The position numbers and the translations under genes are program-made. A stretch of 64,000 nucleotides of DNA from Malacoraja senta (Eukaryota), in the NCBI GenBank assembly GCA_038087875.1, contig CM075996.1, positions 6,884,001-6,948,000 of the forward strand, given 5' to 3'. Under the pieces are notes generated by a model. It ran no database searches. It had not been told where the DNA came from and saw only the letters and a program-made list of their open reading frames with translations. Below are positions 10,301-22,300 of the stretch, one piece after another (position 1 is the stretch's first letter; every line of letters begins with the position of its first letter).

Positions 10301-13300
10301 TTGGCTTCAGTGAAGATTGTAAATCGTCCATAGCGTGTAGCATAGTGCCCGTGTATGAGGTTCACTGGACTCTTAAAGATAGCGGAGTCAGGGGATATGG
10401 AAGAAGACAGGAACGGGGTACTGATTGGGGATGATCAGCCATGATCACATTGAATGGTGGTGCTGGCTCAAAGGGCCGAATGGCCTACTGCCACCTATTG
10501 TCTATGGTCTTGTGTGGGCCGAAGTGCCTGTTTCTGTGCTGTATCTCTGAAACTAAAACTAAAGTGAAAACTGTATTAAGATCACATGAATCTTAGTTCG
10601 GGGAACAGTCTAGTTTGACGGTTCCCAAAGGCCCTTGTATTTGACGCCCTTAAATAAACCCTTGATTGCCTTGTCCGATCTTTGTGGTGCGTTTTGAAGT
10701 TTTCTTCAACAGATTTAATCTCCGACTGGAACAGATTTAAGCCTCCGACTGGACGTCCGTGCAGAGAGTGGTGAGGACGGCTGAAAAAATCATCGGGACG
10801 TCTCTTCCTTCAATCGGGGACATTGCGTGCAAACGTTGCTTGTCCAAGACCAACAGCATTATAAAAGGCCCCACACATCTCCATCATGACTGTTCACTCT
10901 GCTGCCCTCGGGCTAAAGGTATCGCAGTATAAGGAGCAGAGCGGCCAGGTTTTGCAACAGCTTTCTTCCCCCGAGCCATCAGACTCTTGAATTCCATATA
11001 ATGTGCTGCCACTATTGTCTATTTTACCTTTTTATCTTTTTATCCTTTTGTTATTTTATGTTGCACGGTGAGCCAGATGGAACAAAATTTTGTTCCGACT
11101 TGCATCTGTTGGTGTATTTTTGAAGACAATAAAGTCATTGATTGATTGATTGATTGGAACGATTCGTGTCATGGAAACATAGAAAATAGGTGCAGGAGTA
11201 GGCCATTTGGCCATTCGAGCCAGCATAGCCATTCAATATGATCATCCAAAATCAGTACCCCGTTCCTGCTTTCCCCTCGATTCCGTTAGCCCTAAGAGCT
11301 AAATGTAACTCTCTCTTGAAAACGAGTCCCGGGTCAATCTCTAGAATTCGACAGGGTGAGGAGGAAGATGCGCGGCCCACCTGGTTCATCTGCCCGTTTA
11401 GGGGAATGGCGGCAAAGCCCAGATTGCGAAGGAGCAGCGCGGTGCGCTGGGTGTTGTTACACGTGCTGCAGAAGATGATGAAGGAGTTGCCAGCAAGCTC
11501 GTTGAGAATGTAGACCAGGTAACAGTCCTAAAGGAAAGAAAAAAAGAACTAGTTTAGAAATACAGGCCCACCAAGCCCACGCCGACAATCTCCCGTACGT
11601 TCGTGCTATCTACACAACTTACAGAAGGTGATTAACCTACAGTCCTGCATGTCTTTGGAGTGTGGGTGGAAAGGGCAGGAAGATGGTACAAAACTCTGTA
11701 CAGACGGCACCCGGTGGGCAGGATCGAACCCAGGGCTCTGGTGCTGCAAAGCAACTCGACCGCTGCGCCACTCGACATGATAATCCAAGAAATTTTTGAA
11801 CACAATCAATGCACAAACCTCCCCCCGTGCACCTGGAACACTGGAGAGAGTACAGAGAAGATTGACGAGGATGTTGCTAGGAATCCAGGGCCTGAATTAG
11901 AGGTGTTTAAGAAGGGAACTGCAGATGCTGGAAAATCAAAGGTAGACAAAAGTGCTGGAGAAACTCGGCGGGTGCAGCAGCATCTATGGAGCGAAGGAAA
12001 TAGGCAACGTTTCGGGCCGAAACCCTTCTTCAGACTGATGTTTGTACGTTCTCTGAAGAACAGTCTGAAGAAGGGTTTCGCCCCGAAACGTTGCCTATTT
12101 CCTTCGCTCCATAGATGCTGCTGCACCCGCTGAGTTTCTCCAGCACTTTTGTCTACCCTGAATTAGAGGGATGGGTGAAGTCCTTATTCTTTGATGCCCA
12201 GATGCTGAGGGGGTCGTCTTGTGTAAAAACATGAGAGGAAATAGATAGGACAACTGCACAGAGTCTTTCAACCAGGCTAGGGGAAATCAAGAACCAGAGG
12301 ACATAGGCTTAAGGTTAGAGGGAACAATTTTATAGAATCCCAAGGGGTAACTATTTCACTCAGAAGGTGGTGGGTGTACAGAATGAGTTGCCAGATGAGG
12401 CAGGCACTGCGGCAGCTTTTAAAAGACACTTGAACAGTACATGGATATGAAAAGTTTAGAGGAATATGGGCCATACTCGGGCAAATGGGACGAGCTCAGA
12501 TGGGACGTTTGGGTTTAGCATGAACCCCCTACCTGGTTAAAAGACTCTGTGCAGTCACCCTGTCTATTCCCATCATGATCTTACACATCGCTGTGAGATT
12601 ACTCCACAGCCACCTGCATACCGTGGAATATAGACCTAACCTGTATGAATCAGGACTATAACTTCAATCATTTTGTGGCCCCCTTCTTAGGCCCCCTTCG
12701 GTCATGGCTGACCATGGGTGTCTCCAGGGTGCTATTCCCTATATAGAGGATGCCTGTGTGTGACTTTGTTTAACATGGGGAGACTGGTGCACAGACAGCC
12801 ACCCCACGGTCCTTGACAGATCTGGGTCAGGATCCAGTGGCTTGGAGTCCAAGATGACCGGAGACCCTTTCCTGCTGCAGCCTTCATCCGCCTTCCCAGC
12901 CGTTGTGACGCTCCACTAAGGTCACCCATCATCCTCCGCCTGTTCCACCGTTGAGGTCTTGTGTCCCCACAGCTAACAGTACTCATTGAAATGGCAACAT
13001 GAAGCGGTGTAAAATGGAGGTTGAGAGTCTGTAGGGTATACGTTCGCTGTCAACACCCCAGAGATCTAAAGAGTCTGCCAATCTTTAGATCAGAGGTAGA
13101 CTGTTAAAAATGTACAAGCAATTGCTGTACCAGTGTCCCCTCTTCTCCCCTCTGGCAAGAGGTACAGAAGTGTGAAAACACACACCTCCAGATTCAGGGA
13201 CAGTTTTACCCCGCTGTTGTCAGGCAACTGAACTATTCGACCAACTAAAGAGCAGTCCTGACCAAAGATCCTATAACAAGCAAGATAGATCACTCGACGA

Positions 13301-16300
13301 AAACGACGTAGTACGGTCATGGGCAGATTCATGGGTAATTTTCGGCCCCATTTCCGTAACCGGCTCCGTCTCCGCACCAAAGATCCCATAGCGGAGCAAA
13401 GGATAACTAGTGCGGTGATGGAAGCCGGGTACGGAAACATCCTTGTAAAAATAAAAGTTCTTTGGGAAAAATCTTCTCCTCATTTTCAGAATTATAATTT
13501 ATTAACACAAACTGGTCCCCCGCAACTTGATTACACTGCGGGTCGGGTTACTGAAATGGATGAAAAAAAGGCCCACGTTCCGCTCCGTTGCGTACTACAC
13601 GTCAGCCCATTGCGTTTAGCAGGAGTGGTCTATCTTGCTCCGCTATAGGATCTTTGGTCCTGACCTCCCATCTACCTCGGTGGAGACCTTTGAACTATCT
13701 TCAATCGGACTTTGTCTTGCACTAAATTGTGTGCCCTTTATCTGTACACTGTGGGCAGCTCGATTGTGATCATGTCTAGACGTTTTTTTCACTGGTCTAG
13801 CACGCACCACTTACACTTGGACAATAATAAACTAAACTAAGGTAGACTCCTTCAGTCTGAAGGGTCTCGACCTGAAGCGTCGCCAATTCCTTCGCTCCAT
13901 AGATGCTACCTCACCCGCTGAGTTTCTCCAGCATTTTGTGTCTACCTTTGATTTTTCCAGCATCTGCAGTTCTTTCTTAAACACAAACAACACTAAACTG
14001 CTCTACCGTGACTGGACTGAAAGTGCTGGAGTAACACAGCGAGTCAGACAGCATTTCTGGAGAAAATGGATAGGCAACGTTTCAGGCGCGAGCCTCCTTC
14101 AGACCCGACCTTGAAACGTCACCCATCCTTTTTTCTCCAGAGATGTGCAGCCTGACCTGCTGAGTTACTCCAGCACTTAGTGTCTATCTTTGGTCTTCTT
14201 CCTCTTCTTGCGTATGGGGTGCACAGCCTAACGTTGTAGGACAACTTGTTCTATTTGATCGTATTTGATTGTGCACGCCACGTTGATTGCATTCGTCGAA
14301 ACAGAAGGTTGCAATCTTCCCACCCCTTGGTCTGAACCAGCATCTGCAGTTCTTTGTTGCTACTGCTTCACCTTGAACTTGGAGGGGATGAACACGTAAT
14401 GTTGCTGCAGCTTCTCCACCGTCTGGTACTTGGTCGACACGGCACATTTCACCGGGTTCTTCAGTGCAGCCCGCTGCAGCTTTTGCACCTGGGCAAAGGA
14501 GAGACAGAGAGGTAGAGATGAGACAGAGACAGTGCATCTACTCACACGTGAGGAGTGCGTAGATGCAGCTGCGTGAGGCACATGCAGAGACGTGGGTTTA
14601 ATAATAATGGATTGGATTTATATAGCGCCTTTCTAATACTCAAGGCGCTTTACATCGCATTATTCATTCACTCCTCAGTCACACTCGGTGGTGGTGAGCT
14701 ACTTCTGTAGCCACAGCTGCCCTGGGGCAGACTGACGGAAGCGTGGCTGCTAATCTGCGCCTACGGCCCCTCCGACCACCACCAATCACTCACACACATT
14801 CACACACATTCACACGCAGGCAAAGGTGGGTGAAGTGTCTTGCCCAAGGACACAACGACAGTATGCACTCCAAGCGGGATTCGAACCGGCTACCTTCCGG
14901 TTGCCAGCCGAACACTTAGCCCATTGCGCCATCTGTCGTCCATTAGCAAACACATGGTTCATAAGTGATAGGAGCAGAATTAGGCCATCAAGTCTACTCC
15001 GCCGTTCAATCATGGCTGATCTATCTCTCCCTCTCAACCCCATTCTCCTGCCTTCTCCCCGTAACCCCTGACACCCGTACTAATCAAGAATCTATCTATC
15101 TCTGTCTTTAAATATCCACTGACTTGGCCTCCACAGCCGTCTGTGGCAATGAATTCCACAGATTCACCGCCCTCTGACGAAATAAATTCCTCATCTCCTT
15201 CCTAAAGGAACGTCCTTTTATCCTGAGCCTGTGGCCTCTGGTCCTAGACTCTCCCACTAGTGGAAACATCCTCTCCACATCCACTCTATCCAGGCCTTTC
15301 ACTATTCGGTAAGTTTCAATGAGGTCCCCCCCTCATCCTTCTAAACTCCAGCGAGTACAGGCCCAGTGCTGTCAAACGCTCATCATTTGTTATCCCACTA
15401 GCTTTCAATATCACTGCAAGTATACTGTAGTTAGTCTACAGTCATTACTGTAGTTTAGTCTATAGTCACCTGTACTGAGGTTCAGTGGAAAGCTTTTTGT
15501 TGCATGCTATCCAGGCAGTGGAAAGACTATATATATGATTACAATTATGTCAGGTAGACAAAAATGCTGGAGAAACTCAGCGTGTGCAGCAGCATCTATG
15601 GAGCGAAGGAAATAGGCAACGTTTCGGGCCGAAACCCTTCTTCAGACTGATGGAGGGTGGGAGGGGGCGGGGAGAAGAAAGGAAAAAAGGATGAGGAGGA
15701 GCCCGAGGGCTGAGGGAGAGCTGGGAAGGAGAGGAGACAGCAGGGGCTAACAGAATTGTGAGAATTCAATGTTCATGCCACCAGGATGCAGACTCCCCAA
15801 GCGGAATATGAGGTGCTGTTCCTCCAATTTCCGGTGTTGCTCGCTCTGGCCATGGAGGAGGCCCAGGACAGAGAGGTCGGATACGTAATGGGAGGGGGAG
15901 TTGAAGTGCTGAGCCACCGGAAGGTCAGGTTGGTTAATGCGGACCGAGCGGAGGTGTTCGGCGAAACGATCGCCAAGCCTCCGCTTGGTCTCACCGATGT
16001 AGATCAGCTGACATCTAGAGCAGCGGATGCAATAGATGAGGTTGGAGGAGATGCAGGTGAACCTCTGTCGCACCTGGAACGACTGCTTGGGTCCTTGAAT
16101 GAGACGAGGGTTATGTAGTCCACTGTGTACAGATACCGGATAAAGGGAAGAACGTTTCGTGCAAGATATAGCAAAGTCCGATTAAAAATAGTCAGAGGGT
16201 CTCCAATGAGCTAGATGGTAAGTCAGGACCGCTCTCCAGTTGGTGATAGGATGGTTCAGTTGCCTGATAACAGCTGGGAAGTAACTGTCCCTGAATCTGG

Positions 16301-19300
16301 AGGTGTGCGTTTTTACACTTCTGTATCTGCAGCCTGATGGGAGAGGGGAGAGGGGAGCAGAGAGTGTCCAGAGTGAGACTGGTAGCCTTGCTGAGGCAGC
16401 GTGAAGTGTAGAGGGAGTCAATGGAAGGGAGGTTGGATCGGGTGATGGTCTGGGCTGCAACTTCCAGCGGTCTTGGATGGAGGCTGCTCCCAGGCCATGC
16501 TGCGAGGCATCCCGACAAGCTGCTTGCTGCGGCCCACCTCCAGAGGTTGGTGAGGGTTGTCGGGGACATGCTGAACTTCCTCCGCCTTCTAAAGAAGTAG
16601 AGGCATGGGAGGACGAAATGATGGAGAAACTCGGCGGGTGAGGCAGCACTATGGAGCGAAGGAATAGGTGACGTTTCAGGTCGAGACCCTTCTTCAGACT
16701 GATGTGGGGGGGGGGGAGGGCGGGAAGAAGAAAGGAAGAGGTGAAGACACTAGGCTGTGGGAGAGCTGGGAAGGGAGGGAAGGATGGAGAAAGCAAGGAC
16801 TACCTGAAATTGGAGAAGTCAATGTTCATACCGCTGGGGCGTAACTGCCCAAGCGAAATATGAGTTGCTGCTCCTCCAATTTGTGGGGGGATTTTTTTAC
16901 CATTACTTCAATATGGCTAGTCCAGGATTAAGATGCTCGTGATATTTACTAGACTTTGAACCAATCTTTTTGTTGGTTTCTGAAGCTTTCCCCTTGGAAG
17001 AAGGGTTGTTCATTAATTACAGACCCCTCGCCAATACACCCCCTCCCCTCCTCTACATTTTCTTAAATCCCCCACCCTCTGCACCATCACCACCTCTGTC
17101 GATGTCTTCTCCCAGGGACATGCACAGTGATAACGTGAAATAAAAACTCTTGCAGCACACCCTTACCTTCTTGGTCATCGTTGCCGAGTAGAGATAGGTC
17201 TTCCGGTCTCGAGGAATCACTTTGAGAATTTTATCGACCTACGGAAGAAATCTGGGGTCAACGGAATCTATTGATGCTTGACAAGAACATGACAGTGGTT
17301 CTTAACCTTGGGGTCGTTTGGGGCTTTGCCGGGGGTCATGAGGGGACACAAATAACATATCAATTTGTTTGAGCCCATGTTTCAGAACCTAACAAAGGTA
17401 CACACACCACATACAGTATTTTGTTAGTGTATGCGCGTACTGGTGCCAAAAAGGTTAAGAACCACTGAGTCATAGAAGGTGGCAGATATCCCCGCCATCG
17501 AAGGGATTCCATATGAGGAGCTGCCTCAAGAAGGCAGGCTGCAAAGACCAACGCCTGAGATAGACAGAACGTGCTGTGTAACTCAGGTCAGTTTAGTTTA
17601 GGATTGTTTATAGTCACGATTGTTTATATTGCCAGGTACAGTGAAAAGCCAGGCAGCTTCTCTGGAGAACATGGATAGGTGACGTTTCGGGTCGGAACCC
17701 TTCTTCGGACTAGTAGGTGGGGGGGGGGGGGGGGGTGAAGACCTGGGGCGAGAAGAGACCAGGACCAAGCAGGCTGACAACAAATGACCTCAGGCAGGGC
17801 AGTGGCCTGGTGGCCGCGTTGTGAACTGGTTAAACGACTAGGGTGGAGGAAGGGGTCAATGGGGGGGGGGGGGGGGCGAAGAGAGGAGCGGAGTGTCGTA
17901 GAGGTTACGTAAAATGAGAGAATTCAACGTTCATACTGCTGTCCTACCGCACCCCCGAGCTTGAATGTGGGAGTCTCCTCCCCCCCACCCGGGTCACAAA
18001 GGTGGACAGGCGAGGAGAGGGACGTCGGTTCGCTGGCCAAAGGAAGGCAACGGCTGGAGGCCGTGCAGCAGCCTGGGCTCGCCAGGATCGGGCACCGCTC
18101 ACAACTGGAGCGCGGCTGGACTTGGTAAACTGGCGTCTCTTGCACGCAGGCTCAGCAGACTATTTCCTGTACACTTTGCTAATCGGGGACGTGCTTAGGT
18201 ATGGAGATACGTCACTCGACCGTTTGCAAGAAAATAATTTCTCTCTGCCTTTGCCCTTCGCACAGGTGGCAATGAAGCCCCATTGACACGGAACTGCAGA
18301 TGCTGGTTTACACAAAAAAAAAGACCAAAGTGCTGGAGTAACTCAGCAAGTCAGGCAGCACCTCTGGAGAACATGGTTACGTGATGTTTCGGGTTGGGAC
18401 CAGTCTGAAGAAGGGCCCCAATGAGTTACTCTAGCACTTTGTGTCTTTCAAAGAGCGGTGCTGTTCCCCACAACTAACCTCTATTTAAAATACATCTGGT
18501 CCTTGCCCTGCTCACCAATCATCTATGGAATTACAGTACTCTAATGAACAGGGGGAATGAAAGTGCAATATTACGGTGGCGCAGTGGTAGAGTTGCTGCC
18601 TCACAGCACCAGAGACCCAGGTTCAATCTAGACCACGGGTGCTGTCCGTACGGAGTTTGCACGTTTTCCCCGTGACCGCGGGGGGGGGGTTTCTCCGGGC
18701 GCTCCGGTTTCCTCCCACACTCCAAAGACATGCAGGTTTGTAGATTAATTGGCTTGGTAAAATTGTAAAATGGTCGGCATGAACCCAGTGGGCCGAAGGG
18801 CCTGTTTCTCTAAAATCTAAAAGCTTTCTGCAGCCCCTTGGACAATAGCGCCATCTCCTGGCCGGCAGACAGTTTGCAGTTTAATTCCCCAATGCAAAAG
18901 GAGGAGCAATGCTGCAACCTGTTACAGTATAAAATTGCACAAGAACTCAATGCTGCAGAATATTGCAACGCTAGTTACTTGGCGTAGTCCTCAAATAACT
19001 GACACGTGCACTGAAATAAATCTATTCTCTAGAGTTTAGAAGAATGAGGGGAGATCTCATCAAAATATAGACAGCAGCTGAGGTGTCGAAACTAACAACT
19101 GCCGCTGCTGACTTATACCAAAGACAGAGACAAAGTGCTGGTCGGACAGCATCCCTGGAGAAAATGGTCCCTGATTGAGGGGGTAGGGGACAGTAGGACC
19201 CAGGAGAGTCAGACCACATGGTGTTGGAGCCAACAGTGTGGGGGGCTTGATAGGGGTAGAGAGGCCTGTGTCCACACTGTATCTCTAAACTAAACCATTG

Positions 19301-22300
19301 CATTCATTGAAGGTACAGCTTAACAGGGAATCAAGGGATATTGGGATAGTGCTGGAAAATAATGTTGTGGTAGATCAGCTGTGATCAGCACAGAGGCGCA
19401 GCGATAGAGTTGCTGCCTTACAGCGCCAGAAGACCCGGTCCAGGGTTCGATCCTGACTACGGGTGCTGTCTGTACGGAGTTTGTACGTTCTCCCCGTGAC
19501 CTGCATGGGTTTTCTCCGTGCTTTTCCGTTTCCTCCCACACTCCAAAGCAGTACAGGTTTGTAGATTAATATGCTTGGTATTCATGTAAAATTGTCCCTA
19601 GTGTGCGTAGGGTAGTGTTTAATGTGCGGGGATCGCTGGTCAGTGCGGACTCGGTGGGCCGAAGGACCTGTTTCCGCGCTGTATCTCTAAAACTAAAACT
19701 AAAGCAAAGGGTCACAGGATCCTACATCTCTTGAATCTAAAGGAAAGCAGGAGAAAGGTCGAGTGTTTCAATCTCACTCACTTCGGTTTCAAAGTCCATG
19801 TTCAGAATCCTGTCGGCCTCGTCCATCACCAGGTACTTGAGCGCTCGCAGATTGAAGCCCTTGGTGTTCTGCAGGTGGTCGATCAGACGGCCTGGGGTGG
19901 CTAGAAGAAATCAGACACTTTCAGGGACGCCCTCCAGAAAACAAAATCACAGATTAAGCAGAGCGGCCCTGCTAGAGAAACTTCCAGCCCACAGGCCCAG
20001 CTGTGATTAGACTTTGGAGATACAGCGTGGAAACGGGCCCTTTGGCCCACCGAGTGCAACGATCACCCCATACACTAGCACTATCCTACCCTAAGGAAAA
20101 GTTGCAATGTTTACCGAAGCCGGTACGGTGGCCCAGCGGTAGAGTCGCTGCCTCACAGCGCCAGAGACCCCAGTTCAATCCTGACTATGGGTGCTGTCTG
20201 TGCAGAGTTTGTACGTTCTCCCTGTGACCATGTGGGTTTTCACCAGGTGCTCCGGTTTCCTCCCACATTCCCAAATCGTGCAGGTCTGTAGGTTCATTGG
20301 CTTTGGTAAAAATTGTCTTGCGTGTGCGTGTGTAGGATAGTGCTAGCGTACAGGCATTGCTGGTCGGCGAGGACTCAATGACACAAAGGGTCTGTTTCCA
20401 TGCTGCATCTCCAAAGTCGAAAGTAAAAGGCTAAAGTTTAGAAGAGGAGCACAGGGGTAGAGGCCGTCAAAACTCACCGATGACTACATGAGGTTTCTTT
20501 GCCAAAGCAAGACTCTGCGACATCATATCGATTCCACCCACAATCACCGCTGCAAGGGAAATGGCAGATTCATTAGAATAGGAAAAGGAGAAGCCCTCAC
20601 CATAGCACACACTACAGCAAAACCACAAACTAGCTGGTATCCAAAGAGATGGCCTTTAGCACTCGGGCAGCGGCATTCAGGTGGGCAGGTGAAGATAAGG
20701 TCATAAGTGATAGGAGTAGTTAGGCTATTCGGCCCATCAAGTCTACTCCGCAATTCAATCATGGCTGATCCATCTCTCCCTCCTAACCCCATTCTCCTAC
20801 CTTCTCCCCATAACCTCTGACACCCGTACTAATCAAGAATCTATCTATCTCTGCCTTAAAAATAACCATTGACATGGCCTCCACAGCCTTCTGTGGCAAA
20901 GAATTCCAGATTCACCACCCTCTGAATAAAGCAATTCCTCATCTCCTTCCTAAAAGTACGTCCTTTAATTCTGAGGCGATGGCCTCTAGTCCTAGACTCT
21001 CCCCTGAGTGGAAACATCCTCTCCACATCCACTCTATCGAAGCCTTTCACTATTCTGTACGTTTCAATGACCCCCTCATCCTTCTAAACTCCAGCGAGTA
21101 TTACAGGCCGAGTGCTGTTCATCATACCTTCATCATATGTTAACCTACTCATTCCTGGGATCATTATCCCAACTTCCTATCAATGCCAATACCTCACCTC
21201 ATTCGCTTTCTTCCCCTCTCCAACTCTTACCGCACACTCTGCCCTTTCCCACCGCAGCTCCGCTCCCCATCCCGCAGAGCGATCGTATACTCACCCGACT
21301 TCACCCCGATCGTGGAACCCAGCGCCTCAAACTGCTCGGAGATCTGGAATGCCAGCTCCCGGGTTGGTGTCAGGACGAGTGCAAAGAGGCGCTGGGGTCT
21401 CTCCAGCAAGGCCTGCAGGATGGGCAGGGCAAAGGCGCCCGTCTTTCCAGAGCCAGTCTCCGCCAGGCCAATGATGTCCCGCCCTGAAAAGGCAGATGAG
21501 GACATCGTCAGACGTGATGCAGAACGAGATGCGAATACCCATAAAAACCCTGAGACACACGCTCAGAGGGTGTCAGTCAGTCGGTCGGGCTGTCCAGTGG
21601 TTGCTGTGAGGGGTTGGTCGGGCTGTCGGCCGGCCAGTGGGTGCTCTGAGGGGTTGGTCGGGCTGTCGGCCGGCCAGTGGGTGCTGTGAGGGGTTGGTCG
21701 GGCTGTCGGCCGGCCGGTGTTGCAGCAAGCGAGCGGGCGGACTGACGGAGCCGGCACTATGGGGGTGCTGAAGGCGGCGTGCAGGGCAGTGCTGCTTCCC
21801 ATCATGTTCACATTCGGTGTAATCGTGGCGTCGGGTGGACTGCTGTTAATGATCCAGAGGGGCATGCTGGCCGAGGTGGACGCGCTGAGTGGCCACACGT
21901 ACGGAGCCTGCAGCCGGTCCCAAAGCGGCTCCAGCTCCAGTCGTGGGCAGCTCTGGAAGGGGGGGCGAGTTAGGGTTAGGCATTTTCCTTTCAGTGGAAG
22001 ATGCCTTAGCCTTCCCCCAGCCTGGCACTCCCCCAGCCCCACTATGGCCGTAACCCCCACTCGGCACACTGGCAGTCAGTGGGGTTCAGTAAACTGGGGA
22101 ACACACAGGATCTGCCCTCACCCATTAATTAGGAGGGTTCAAGAGCCGGTAAAATCCAGGACCTCTGCAGCAGTCCCGTATTCAATGTTCCCATATACAG
22201 ATATATATTATGGAGCACAAGAGGGCACTGTTGCTTTTTCTAATTAGCTTAATTAATTAATGTGCAACTTTTGCACTGACGAGTTATGAATTCCTTATCA

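Noticed and set aside
21563..22247. 168-aa and 176-aa overlapping ORFs in DDX47 intron 2
   Set aside because: GC-rich repeat-derived sequence with no recognisable domain
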